NCBI GenBank assembly: GCA_964057225.1
Contig: OZ059899.1
Location: 16,864,001 to 16,928,000 of the forward strand
Source: Auanema rhodensis
Lineage: Eukaryota > Animalia > Nematoda
Length of the DNA stretch: 64,000 nt
Direction of reading: 5' to 3'
Positions within the stretch are counted from its first letter, which is position 1, and the number at the start of each line of letters is the position of its first letter. A program made the position numbers and the translations under genes. Below the pieces are notes generated by a model. The model saw only the letters and a list, made by a program, of their open reading frames with translations, did no database searches and had not been told where the DNA came from. Of the stretch, positions 11,201-26,200 are shown in pieces.

Positions 11201-14200
11201 TAAATTAAAGTTCACGTGAATTTCAAAGTCATGGTTACCATGCACCAATATCAATAATATTATGTTTTTAGACTAATATGGACACGCGGAATTCAAATTT
11301 GAAAACAGTATCTCTTTATCTTTTACCGGAATTGAGTTACACAACATGTGCACTTCACTTGTACATTTAATTAGCATAAATTAAAGTTCACGTGAATTTC
11401 AAAGTCATGGTTACCATGCACCAATATCAATAATATTATGTTTTTAGACTAATATGGACACGCCGAATTCAAATTTGAAAACAGTATCTCTTTATCTTTT
11501 ACCGGAATTGAGTTACACAACATGTGCACTTCACTTGTACATTTAATTAGCATAAATTAAAGTTCACGTGAATTTCAAAGTCATGGTTACCATGCACCAA
11601 TATCAATAATATTATGTTTTTAGACTAATATGGACACGCGGAATTCAAATTTGAAAACAGTATCTCTTTATCTTTCACGTGAAGCGAGTTACATACCAAG
11701 TGCACATCACGTGTACATTTAATTAGCATAAATTAAAGTTCACGTGAATTTCAAAGTCATGGTTACCATGCACCAATATCAATAATATTATGTTTTTAGA
11801 CTAATATGGACACGCCGAATTCAAATTTGAACACAGTATCTCTTTATCTTTCACGGGAAGCGAGTTACATACCATGTGCACTTCACTTGTACATTTAATT
11901 AGCATAAATTAAAGTTCACGTGAATTTCAAAGTCATGGTTACCATGCACCAATATCAATAATATTATGTTTTTAGACTAATATGGACACGCGGAATTCAA
12001 ATTTGAAAACAGTATCTCTTTATCTTTTACCGGAATTGAGTTACACAACATGTGCACTTCACTTGTACATTTAATTAGCATAAATTAAAGTTCACGTGAA
12101 TTTCAAAGTCATGGTTACCATGCACCAATATCAATAATATTATGTTTTTAGACTAATATGGACACGCGGAATTCAAATTTGAAAACAGTATCTCTTTATC
12201 TTTTACCGGAATTGAGTTACACAACATGTGCACTTCACTTGTACATTTAATTAGCATAAATTAAAGTTCACGTGAATTTCAAAGTCATGGTTACCATGCA
12301 CCAATATCAATAATATTATGTTTTTAGACTAATATGGACACGCGGAATTCAAATTTGAAAACAGTATCTCTTTATCTTTTACCGGAATTGAGTTACACAA
12401 CATGTGCACTTCACTTGTACATTTAATTAGCATAAATTAAAGTTCACGTGAATTTCAAAGTCATGGTTACCATGCACCAATATCAATAATATTATGTTTT
12501 TAGACTAATATGGACACGCCGAATTCAAATTTGAAAACAGTATCTCTTTATCTTTTACCGGAATTGAGTTACACAACATGTGCACTTCACTTGTACATTT
12601 AATTAGCATAAATTAAAGTTCACGTGAATTTCAAAGTCATGGTTACCATGCACCAATATCAATAATATTATGTTTTTAGACTAATATGGACACGCGGAAT
12701 TCAAATTTGAAAACAGTATCTCTTTATCTTTCACGTGAAGCGAGTTACATACCAAGTGCACATCACGTGTACATTTAATTAGCATAAATTAAAGTTCACG
12801 TGAATTTCAAAGTCATGGTTACCATGCACCAATATCAATAATATTATGTTTTTAGACTAATATGGACACGCCGAATTCAAATTTGAACACAGTATCTCTT
12901 TATCTTTCACGGGAAGCGAGTTACACACCATGTGCACTTCACTTGTACATTTAATTAGCATAAATTAAAGTTCACGTGAATTTCAAAGTCATGGTTACCA
13001 TGCACCAATATCAATAATATTATGTTTTTAGACTAATATGGACACGCGGAATTCAAATTTGAAAACAGTATCTCTTTATCTTTTACCGGAATTGAGTTAC
13101 ACAACATGTGCACTTCACTTGTACATTTAATTAGCATAAATTAAAGTTCACGTGAATTTCAAAGTCATGGTTACCATGCACCAATATCAATAATATTATG
13201 TTTTTAGACTAATATGGACACGCGGAATTCAAATTTGAAAACAGTATCTCTTTATCTTTTACCGGAATTGAGTTACACAACATGTGCACTTCACTTGTAC
13301 ATTTAATTAGCATAAATTAAAGTTCACGTGAATTTCAAAGTCATGGTTACCATGCACCAATATCAATAATATTATGTTTTTAGACTAATATGGACACGCG
13401 GAATTCAAATTTGAAAACAGTATCTCTTTATCTTTTACCGGAATTGAGTTACACAACATGTGCACTTCACTTGTACATTTAATTAGCATAAATTAAAGTT
13501 CACGTGAATTTCAAAGTCATGGTTACCATGCACCAATATCAATAATATTATGTTTTTAGACTAATATGGACACGCGGAATTCAAATTTGAAAACAGTATC
13601 TCTTTATCTTTTACCGGAATTGAGTTACACAACATGTGCACTTCACTTGTACATTTAATTAGCATAAATTAAAGTTCACGTGAATTTCAAAGTCATGGTT
13701 ACCATGCACCAATATCAATAATATTATGTTTTTAGACTAATATGGACACGCCGAATTCAAATTTGAACACAGTATCTCTTTATCTTTCACGGGAAGCGAG
13801 TTACATACCATGTGCACTTCACTTGTACATTTAATTAGCATAAATTAAAGTTCACGTGAATTTCAAAGTCATGGTTACCATGCACCAATATCAATAATAT
13901 TATGTTTTTAGACTAATATGGACACGCGGAATTCAAATTTGAAAACAGTATCTCTTTATCTTTTACCGGAATTGAGTTACACAACATGTGCACTTCACTT
14001 GTACATTTAATTAGCATAAATTAAAGTTCACGTGAATTTCAAAGTCATGGTTACCATGCACCAATATCAATAATATTATGTTTTTAGACTAATCTGGACA
14101 CGCGGAATTCAAATTTGAAAACAGTATCTCTTTATCTTTTACCGGAATTGAGTTACACAACATGTGCACTTCACTTGTACATTTAATTAGCATAAATTAA

Positions 14201-17200
14201 AGTTCACGTGAATTTCAAAGTCATGGTTACCATGCACCAATATCAATAATATTATGTTTTTAGACTAATATGGACACGCGGAATTCAAATTTGAAAACAG
14301 TATCTCTTTATCTTTTACCGGAATTGAGTTACACAACATGTGCACTTCACTTGTACATTTAATTAGCATAAATTAAAGTTCACGTGAATTTCAAAGTCAT
14401 GGTTACCATGCACCAATATCAATAATATTATGTTTTTAGACTAATCTGGACACGCGGAATTCAAATTTGAAAACAGTATCTCTTTATCTTTTACCGGAAT
14501 TGAGTTACACAACATGTGCACTTCACTTGTACATTTAATTAGCATAAATTAAAGTTCACGTGAATTTCAAAGTCATGGTTACCATGCACCAATATCAATA
14601 ATATTATGTTTTTAGACTAATATGGACACGCGGAATTCAAATTTGAAAACAGTATCTCTTTATCTTTTACCGGAATTGAGTTACACAACATGTGCACTTC
14701 ACTTGTACATTTAATTAGCATAAATTAAAGTTCACGTGAATTTCAAAGTCATGGTTACCATGCACCAATATCAATAATATTATGTTTTTAGACTAATATG
14801 GACACGCGGAATTCAAATTTGAAAACAGTATCTCTTTATCTTTTACCGGAATTGAGTTACACAACATGTGCACTTCACTTGTACATTTAATTAGCATAAA
14901 TTAAAGTTCACGTGAATTTCAAAGTCATGGTTACCATGCACCAATATCAATAATATTATGTTTTTAGACTAATATGGACACGCGGAATTCAAATTTGAAA
15001 ACAGTATCTCTTTATCTTTTACCGGAATTGAGTTACACAACATGTGCACTTCACTTGTACATTTAATTAGCATAAATTAAAGTTCACGTGAATTTCAAAG
15101 TCATGGTTACCATGCACCAATATCAATAATATTATGTTTTTAGACTAATATGGACACGCCGAATTCAAATTTGAACACAGTATCTCTTTATCTTTCACGG
15201 GAAGCGAGTTACATACCATGTGCACTTCACTTGTACATTTAATTAGCATAAATTAAAGTTCACGTGAATTTCAAAGTCATGGTTACCATGCACCAATATC
15301 AATAATATTATGTTTTTAGACTAATATGGACACGCGGAATTCAAATTTGAAAACAGTATCTCTTTATCTTTTACCGGAATTGAGTTACACAACATGTGCA
15401 CTTCACTTGTACATTTAATTAGCATAAATTAAAGTTCACGTGAATTTCAAAGTCATGGTTACCATGCACCAATATCAATAATATTATGTTTTTAGACTAA
15501 TATGGACACGCGGAATTCAAATTTGAAAACAGTATCTCTTTATCTTTTACCGGAATTGAGTTACACAACATGTGCACTTCACTTGTACATTTAATTAGCA
15601 TAAATTAAAGTTCACGTGAATTTCAAAGTCATGGTTACCATGCACCAATATCAATAATATTATGTTTTTAGACTAATATGGACACGCCGAATTCAAATTT
15701 GAACACAGTATCTCTTTATCTTTCACGGGAAGCGAGTTACATACCATGTGCACTTCACTTGTAAATTTAATTAGCATAAATTAAAGTTCACGTGAATTTC
15801 AAAGTCATGGTTACCATGCACCAATATCAATAATATTATGTTTTTACACTAATATGGACACGCCGAATTCAAATTTGAACACAGTATCTCTTTATCTTTC
15901 ACGGGAAGCGAGTTACATACCATGTGCACTTCACTTGTACATTTAATTAGCATAAATTAAAGTTCACGTGAATTTCAAAGTCATGGTTACCATGCACCAA
16001 TATCAATAATATTATGTTTTTACACTAATATGGACACGCCGAATTCAAATTTGAACACAGTATCTCTTTATCTTTCACGGGAAGCGAGTTACATACCATG
16101 TGCACTTCACTTGTACATTTAATTAGCATAAATTAAAGTTCACGTGAATTTCAAAGTCATGGTTACCATGCACCAATATCAATAATATTATGTTTTTACA
16201 CTAATATGGACACGCCGAATTCAAATTTGAACACAGTATCTCTTTATCTTTCACGGGAAGCGAGTTACATACCATGTGCACTTCACTTGTACATTTAATT
16301 AGCATAAATTAAAGTTCACGTGAATTTCAAAGTCATGGTTACCATGCACCAATATCAATAATATTATGTTTTTACACTAATATGGACACGCCGAATTCAA
16401 ATTTGAACACAGTATCTCTTTATCTTTCACGGGAAGCGAGTTACATACCATGTGCACTTCACTTGTACATTTAATTAGCATAAATTAAAGTTCACGTGAA
16501 TTTCAAAGTCATGGTTACCATGCACCAATATCAATAATATTATGTTTTTAGACTAATATGGACACGCCGAATTCAAATTTGAAAACAGTATCTCTTTATC
16601 TTTTACCGGAATTGAGTTACACAACATGTGCACTTCACTTGTACATTTAATTAGCATAAATTAAAGTTCACGTGAATTTCAAAGTCATGGTTACCATGCA
16701 CCAATATCAATAATATTATGTTTTTAGACTAATATGGACACGCCGAATTCAAATTTGAACACAGTATCTCTTTATCTTTCACGGGAAGCGAGTTACATAC
16801 CATGTGCACTTCACTTGTACATTTAATTAGCATAAATTAAAGTTCACGTGAATTTCAAAGTCATGGTTACCATGCACCAATATCAATAATATTATGTTTT
16901 TAGACTAATATGGACACGCGGAATTCAAATTTGAAAACAGTATCTCTTTATCTTTTACCGGAATTGAGTTACACAACATGTGCACTTCACTTGTACATTT
17001 AATTAGCATAAATTAAAGTTCACGTGAATTTCAAAGTCATGGTTACCATGCACCAATATCAATAATATTATGTTTTTAGACTAATATGGACACGCGGAAT
17101 TCAAATTTGAAAACAGTATTTCTTTATCTTTTACCGGAATTGAGTTACACAACATGTGCACTTCACTTGTACATTTAATTAGCATAAATTAAAGTTCACG

Positions 17201-20200
17201 TGAATTTCAAAGTCATGGTTACCATGCACCAATATCAATAATATTATGTTTTTAGACTAATATGGACACGCGGAATTCAAATTTGAAAACAGTATCTCTT
17301 TATCTTTTACCGGAATTGAGTTACACAACATGTGCACTTCACTTGTACATTTAATTAGCATAAATTAAAGTTCACGTGAATTTCAAAGTCATGGTTACCA
17401 TGCACCAATATCAATAATATTATGTTTTTAGACTAATATGGACACGCCGAATTCAAATTTGAACACAGTATCTCTTTATCTTTCACGGGAAGCGAGTTAC
17501 ATACCATGTGCACTTCACTTGTACATTTAATTAGCATAAATTAAAGTTCACGTGAATTTCAAAGTCATGGTTACCATGCACCAATATCAATAATATTATG
17601 TTTTTAGACTAATATGGACACGCGGAATTCAAATTTGAAAACAGTATCTCTTTATCTTTTACCGGAATTGAGTTACACAACATGTGCACTTCACTTGTAC
17701 ATTTAATTAGCATAAATTAAAGTTCACGTGAATTTCAAAGTCATGGTTACCATGCACCAATATCAATAATATTATGTTTTTAGACTAATCTGGACACGCG
17801 GAATTCAAATTTGAAAACAGTATCTCTTTATCTTTTACCGGAATTGAGTTACACAACATGTGCACTTCACTTGTACATTTAATTAGCATAAATTAAAGTT
17901 CACGTGAATTTCAAAGTCATGGTTACCATGCACCAATATCAATAATATTATGTTTTTAGACTAATATGGACACGCGGAATTCAAATTTGAAAACAGTATC
18001 TCTTTATCTTTTACCGGAATTGAGTTACACAACATGTGCACTTCACTTGTACATTTAATTAGCATAAATTAAAGTTCACGTGAATTTCAAAGTCATGGTT
18101 ACCATGCACCAATATCAATAATATTATGTTTTTAGACTAATATGGACACGCCGAATTCAAATTTGAACACAGTATCTCTTTATCTTTCACGGGAAGCGAG
18201 TTACATACCATGTGCACTTCACTTGTACATTTAATTAGCATAAATTAAAGTTCACGTGAATTTCAAAGTCATGGTTACCATGCACCAATATCAATAATAT
18301 TATGTTTTTAGACTAATATGGACACGCGGAATTCAAATTTGAAAACAGTATCTCTTTATCTTTTACCGGAATTGAGTTACACAACATGTGCACTTCACTT
18401 GTACATTTAATTAGCATAAATTAAAGTTCACGTGAATTTCAAAGTCATGGTTACCATGCACCAATATCAATAATATTATGTTTTTAGACTAATATGGACA
18501 CGCCGAATTCAAATTTGAAAACAGTATCTCTTTATCTTTTACCGGAATTGAGTTACACAACATGTGCACTTCACTTGTACATTTAATTAGCATAAATTAA
18601 AGTTCACGTGAATTTCAAAGTCATGGTTACCATGCACCAATATCAATAATATTATGTTTTTAGACTAATATGGACACGCGGAATTCAAATTTGAAAACAG
18701 TATCTCTTTATCTTTTACCGGAATTGAGTTACACAACATGTGCACTTCACTTGTACATTTAATTAGCATAAATTAAAGTTCACGTGAATTTCAAAGTCAT
18801 GGTTACCATGCACCAATATCAATAATATTATGTTTTTAGACTAATATGGACACGCCGAATTCAAATTTGAACACAGTATCTCTTTATCTTTCACGGGAAG
18901 CGAGTTACATACCATGTGCACTTCACTTGTACATTTAATTAGCATAAATTAAAGTTCACGTGAATTTCAAAGTCATGGTTACCATGCACCAATATCAATA
19001 ATATTATGTTTTTAGACTAATATGGACACGCGGAATTCAAATTTGAAAACAGTATCTCTTTATCTTTTACCGGAATTGAGTTACACAACATGTGCACTTC
19101 ACTTGTACATTTAATTAGCATAAATTAAAGTTCACGTGAATTTCAAAGTCATGGTTACCATGCACCAATATCAATAATATTATGTTTTTAGACTAATCTG
19201 GACACGCGGAATTCAAATTTGAAAACAGTATCTCTTTATCTTTTACCGGAATTGAGTTACACAACATGTGCACTTCACTTGTACATTTAATTAGCATAAA
19301 TTAAAGTTCACGTGAATTTCAAAGTCATGGTTACCATGCACCAATATCAATAATATTATGTTTTTAGACTAATATGGACACGCGGAATTCAAATTTGAAA
19401 ACAGTATCTCTTTATCTTTTACCGGAATTGAGTTACACAACATGTGCACTTCACTTGTACATTTAATTAGCATAAATTAAAGTTCACGTGAATTTCAAAG
19501 TCATGGTTACCATGCACCAATATCAATAATATTATGTTTTTAGACTAATATGGACACGCCGAATTCAAATTTGAACACAGTATCTCTTTATCTTTCACGG
19601 GAAGCGAGTTACATACCATGTGCACTTCACTTGTACATTTAATTAGCATAAATTAAAGTTCACGTGAATTTCAAAGTCATGGTTACCATGCACCAATATC
19701 AATAATATTATGTTTTTAGACTAATATGGACACGCGGAATTCAAATTTGAAAACAGTATCTCTTTATCTTTTACCGGAATTGAGTTACACAACATGTGCA
19801 CTTCACTTGTACATTTAATTAGCATAAATTAAAGTTCACGTGAATTTCAAAGTCATGGTTACCATGCACCAATATCAATAATATTATGTTTTTAGACTAA
19901 AATGGACACGCCGAATTCAAATTTGAAAACAGTATCTCTTTATCTTTTACCGGAATTGAGTTACACAACATGTGCACTTCACTTGTACATTTAATTAGCA
20001 TAAATTAAAGTTCACGTGAATTTCAAAGTCATGGTTACCATGCACCAATATCAATAATATTATGTTTTTAGACTAATATGGACACGCCGAATTCAAATTT
20101 GAACACAGTATCTCTTTATCTTTCACGGGAAGCGAGTTACATACCATGTGCACTTCACTTGTACATTTAATTAGCATAAATTAAAGTTCACGTGAATTTC

Positions 20201-23200
20201 AAAGTCATGGTTACCATGCACCAATATCAATAATATTATGTTTTTAGACTAATATGGACACGCGGAATTCAAATTTGAAAACAGTATCTCTTTATCTTTT
20301 ACCGGAATTGAGTTACACAACATGTGCACTTCACTTGTACATTTAATTAGCATAAATTAAAGTTCACGTGAATTTCAAAGTCATGGTTACCATGCACCAA
20401 TATCAATAATATTATGTTTTTAGACTAAAATGGACACGCCGAATTCAAATTTGAAAACAGTATCTCTTTATCTTTTACCGGAATTGAGTTACACAACATG
20501 TGCACTTCACTTGTACATTTAATTAGCATAAATTAAAGTTCACGTGAATTTCAAAGTCATGGTTACCATGCACCAATATCAATAATATTATGTTTTTAGA
20601 CTAATATGGACACGCCGAATTCAAATTTGAACACAGTATCTCTTTATCTTTCACGGGAAGCGAGTTACATACCATGTGCACTTCACTTGTACATTTAATT
20701 AGCATAAATTAAAGTTCACGTGAATTTCAAAGTCATGGTTACCATGCACCAATATCAATAATATTATGTTTTTAGACTAATATGGACACGCGGAATTCAA
20801 ATTTGAAAACAGTATCTCTTTATCTTTTACCGGAATTGAGTTACACAACATGTGCACTTCACTTGTACATTTAATTAGCATAAATTAAAGTTCACGTGAA
20901 TTTCAAAGTCATGGTTACCATGCACCAATATCAATAATATTATGTTTTTAGACTAAAATGGACACGCCGAATTCAAATTTGAAAACAGTATCTCTTTATC
21001 TTTTACCGGAATTGAGTTACACAACATGTGCACTTCACTTGTACATTTAATTAGCATAAATTAAAGTTCACGTGAATTTCAAAGTCATGGTTACCATGCA
21101 CCAATATCAATAATATTATGTTTTTAGACTAATATGGACACGCGGAATTCAAATTTGAAAACAGTATCTCTTTATCTTTTACCGGAATTGAGTTACACAA
21201 CATGTGCACTTCACTTGTACATTTAATTAGCATAAATTAAAGTTCACGTGAATTTCAAAGTCATGGTTACCATGCACCAATATCAATAATATTATGTTTT
21301 TAGACTAATATGGACACGCCGAATTCAAATTTGAAAACAGTATCTCTTTATCTTTTACCGGAATTGAGTTACACAACATGTGCACTTCACTTGTACATTT
21401 AATTAGCATAAATTAAAGTTCACGTGAATTTCAAAGTCATGGTTACCATGCACCAATATCAATAATATTATGTTTTTAGACTAATATGGACACGCCGAAT
21501 TCAAATTTGAAAACAGTATCTCTTTATCTTTTACCGGAATTGAGTTACACAACATGTGCACTTCACTTGTACATTTAATTAGCATAAATTAAAGTTCACG
21601 TGAATTTCAAAGTCATGGTTACCATGCACCAATATCAATAATATTATGTTTTTAGACTAATATGGACACGCCGAATTCAAATTTGAACACAGTATCTCTT
21701 TATCTTTCACGGGAAGCGAGTTACATACCATGTGCACTTCACTTGTACATTTAATTAGCATAAATTAAAGTTCACGTGAATTTCAAAGTCATGGTTACCA
21801 TGCACCAATATCAATAATATTATGTTTTTAGACTAATATGGACACGCCGAATTCAAATTTGAACACAGTATCTCTTTATCTTTCACGGGAAGCGAGTTAC
21901 ATACCATGTGCACTTCACTTGTACATTTAATTAGCATAAATTAAAGTTCACGTGAATTTCAAAGTCATGGTTACCATGCACCAATATCAATAATATTATG
22001 TTTTTAGACTAATATGGACACGCGGAATTCAAATTTGAAAACAGTATCTCTTTATCTTTTACCGGAATTGAGTTACACAACATGTGCACTTCACTTGTAC
22101 ATTTAATTAGCATAAATTAAAGTTCACGTGAATTTCAAAGTCATGGTTACCATGCACCAATATCAATAATATTATGTTTTTAGACTAATATGGACACGCC
22201 GAATTCAAATTTGAAAACAGTATCTCTTTATCTTTTACCGGAATTGAGTTACACAACATGTGCACTTCACTTGTACATTTAATTAGCATAAATTAAAGTT
22301 CACGTGAATTTCAAAGTCATGGTTACCATGCACCAATATCAATAATATTATGTTTTTAGACTAATATGGACACGCGGAATTCAAATTTGAAAACAGTATC
22401 TCTTTATCTTTTACCGGAATTGAGTTACACAACATGTGCACTTCACTTGTACATTTAATTAGCATAAATTAAAGTTCACGTGAATTTCAAAGTCATGGTT
22501 ACCATGCACCAATATCAATAATATTATGTTTTTAGACTAATATGGACACGCGGAATTCAAATTTGAAAACAGTATCTCTTTATCTTTTACCGGAATTGAG
22601 TTACACAACATGTGCACTTCACTTGTACATTTAATTAGCATAAATTAAAGTTCACGTGAATTTCAAAGTCATGGTTACCATGCACCAATATCAATAATAT
22701 TATGTTTTTAGACTAATATGGACACGCCGAATTCAAATTTGAACACAGTATCTCTTTATCTTTCACGGGAAGCGAGTTACATACCATGTGCACTTCACTT
22801 GTACATTTAATTAGCATAAATTAAAGTTCACGTGAATTTCAAAGTCATGGTTACCATGCACCAATATCAATAATATTATGTTTTTAGACTAATATGGACA
22901 CGCCGAATTCAAATTTGAACACAGTATCTCTTTATCTTTCACGGGAAGCGAGTTACATACCATGTGCACTTCACTTGTACATTTAATTAGCATAAATTAA
23001 AGTTCACGTGAATTTCAAAGTCATGGTTAGCATGCACCAATATCAATAATATTATGTTTTTAGACTAATATGGACACGCCGAATTCAAATTTGAACACAG
23101 TATCTCTTTATCTTTCACGGGAAGCGAGTTACATACCATGTGCACTTCACTTGTACATTTAATTAGCATAAATTAAAGTTCACGTGAATTTCAAAGTCAT

Positions 23201-26200
23201 GGTTACCATGCACCAATATCAATAATATTATGTTTTTAGACTAATATGGACACGCGGAATTCAAATTTGAAAACAGTATCTCTTTATCTTTTACCGGAAT
23301 TGAGTTACACAACATGTGCACTTCACTTGTACATTTAATTAGCATAAATTAAAGTTCACGTGAATTTCAAAGTCATGGTTACCATGCACCAATATCAATA
23401 ATATTATGTTTTTAGACTAATATGGACACGCGGAATTCAAATTTGAAAACAGTATCTCTTTATCTTTTACCGGAATTGAGTTACACAACATGTGCACTTC
23501 ACTTGTACATTTAATTAGCATAAATTAAAGTTCACGTGAATTTCAAAGTCATGGTTACCATGCACCAATATCAATAATATTATGTTTTTAGACTAATATG
23601 GACACGCCGAATTCAAATTTGAAAACAGTATCTCTTTATCTTTTACCGGAATTGAGTTACACAACATGTGCACTTCACTTGTACATTTAATTAGCATAAA
23701 TTAAAGTTCACGTAAATTTCAAAGTCATGGTTACCATGCACCAATATCAATAAAAATTTGTTTTTAGACTAATATGGACATGGGGAATCTAATTTTGAGA
23801 ACTGCATCTCTTTATCTTTCACGTGAAGCGAGTTACATACCAAGTGCACTTCACTTCTACATTTAATTAGCATAAATTAAAGTTCACGTGAATTTCAAAG
23901 TCATGGTTACCATGCACCAATATCAATAATATTATGTTTTTAGACTAATATGGACACGCCGAATTCAAATTTGAAAACAGTATCTCTTTATCTTTCACGG
24001 GAAGCGAGTTACATACCATGTGCACTTCACTTCTACATTTAATTAGCATAAATTAAAGTTCACGTAAATTTCAAAGTCATGGTTACCATGCACCAATATC
24101 AATAATATTATGTTTTTAGACTAATATGGACATGGGGAATCTAATTTTGAGAACTGCATCTCTTTATCTTTCACGTGAAGCGAGTTACATACCATGTGCA
24201 CTTCACTTCTACATTTAATTAGCATAAATTAAAGTTCACGTGAATTTCAAAGTCATGGTTACCATGCACCAATATCAATAAAAATTTGTTTTTAGACTAA
24301 TATGGACATGGGGAATCTAATTTTGAGAACTGCATCTCTTTATCGTTCACGTGAAGCGAGTTACATACCAAGTGCACATCACGTGTACATTTAATTAGCA
24401 TAAATTAAAGTTCACGTGAATTTCAAAGTCATGGTTACCATGCACCAATATCAATAATATTATGTTTTTAGACTAATATGGACACGCCGAATTCAAATTT
24501 GAAAACAGTATCTCTTTATCTTTCACGGGAAGCGAGTTACATACCATGTGCACTTCACTTCTACATTTAATTAGCATAAATTAAAGCTCACGTAAATTTC
24601 AAAGTCATGGTTACCATGCACTAATATCAATAAAAATTTGTTTTTAGACTAATATGGACATGGGGAATCTACTTTTGAGAACTGCATCTCTTTATCTTTC
24701 ACGTGAAGCGAGTTACATACCAAGTGCACATCACGTGTACATTTAATTAGCATAAATTAAAGTTCACGTGAATTTCAAAGTCATGGTTACCATGCACCAA
24801 TATCAATAATAATATGTTTTTAGACTAATATGGACACGCCGAATTCAAATTTGAAAACAGTATCTCTTTATCTTCTACCGGAATTGAGTTACACAACATG
24901 TGCACTTCACTTGTACATTTAATTAGCATAAATTAAAGTTCACGTGAATTTCAAAGTCATGGTTACCATGCACCAATATCAATAATATTATGTTTTTAGA
25001 CTAATATGGACACGCCGAATTCAAATTTGAAAACAGTATCTCTTTATCTTTCACGGGAAGCGAGTTACATACCATGTGCACTTCACTTCTACATTTAATT
25101 AGCATAAATTAAAGTTCACGTGAATTTCAAAGTCATGGTTACCATGCACCAATATCAATAAAAATTTGTTTTTAGACTAATATGGACATGGGGAATCTAA
25201 TTTTGAGAACTGCATCTCTTTATCTTTCACGTGAAGCGAGTTACATACCAAGTGCACATCACGTGTACATTTAATTAGCATAAATTAAAGTTCACGTGAA
25301 TTTCAAAGTCATGGTTACCATGCACCAATATCAATAATATTATGTTTTTAGACTAATATGGACACGCCGAATTCAAATTTGAAAACAGTATCTCTTTATC
25401 TTTCACGGGAAGCGAGTTACATACCATGTGCACTTCACTTCTACATTTAATTAGCATAAATTAAAGTTCACGTGAATTTCAAAGTCATGGTTACCATGCA
25501 CCAATATCAATAATATTATGTTTTTAGACTAATATGGACACGCGGAATTCAAATTTGAAAACAGTATCTCTTTATCTTTTACCGGAATTGAGTTACACAA
25601 CATGTGCACTTCACTTGTACATTTAATTAGCATAAATTAAAGTTCACGTGAATTTCAAAGTCATGGTTACCATGCACCAATATCAATAATATTATGTTTT
25701 TAGACTAATATGGACACGCCGAATTCAAATTTGAAAACAGTATCTCTTTATCTTTTACCGGAATTGAGTTACACAACATGTGCACTTCACTTGTACATTT
25801 AATTAGCATAAATTAAAGTTCACGTGAATTTCAAAGTCATGGTTACCATGCACCAATATCAATAATATTATGTTTTTAGACTAATATGGACACGCCGAAT
25901 TCAAATTTGAAAACAGCATCTCTTTATCTTTCACGGGAAGCGAGTTACATACCATGTGCACTTCACTTCTACATTTAATTAGCATAAATTAAAGTTCACG
26001 TGAATTTCAAAGTCATGGTTACCATGCACCAATATCAATAAAAATTTGTTTTTAGACTAATATGGACATGGGGAATCTAATTTTGAGAACTGCATCTCTT
26101 TATCTTTCACGTGAAGCGAGTTACATACCAAGTGCACATCACGTGTACATTTAATTAGCATAAATTAAAGTTCACGTGAATTTCAAAGTCATGGTTACCA

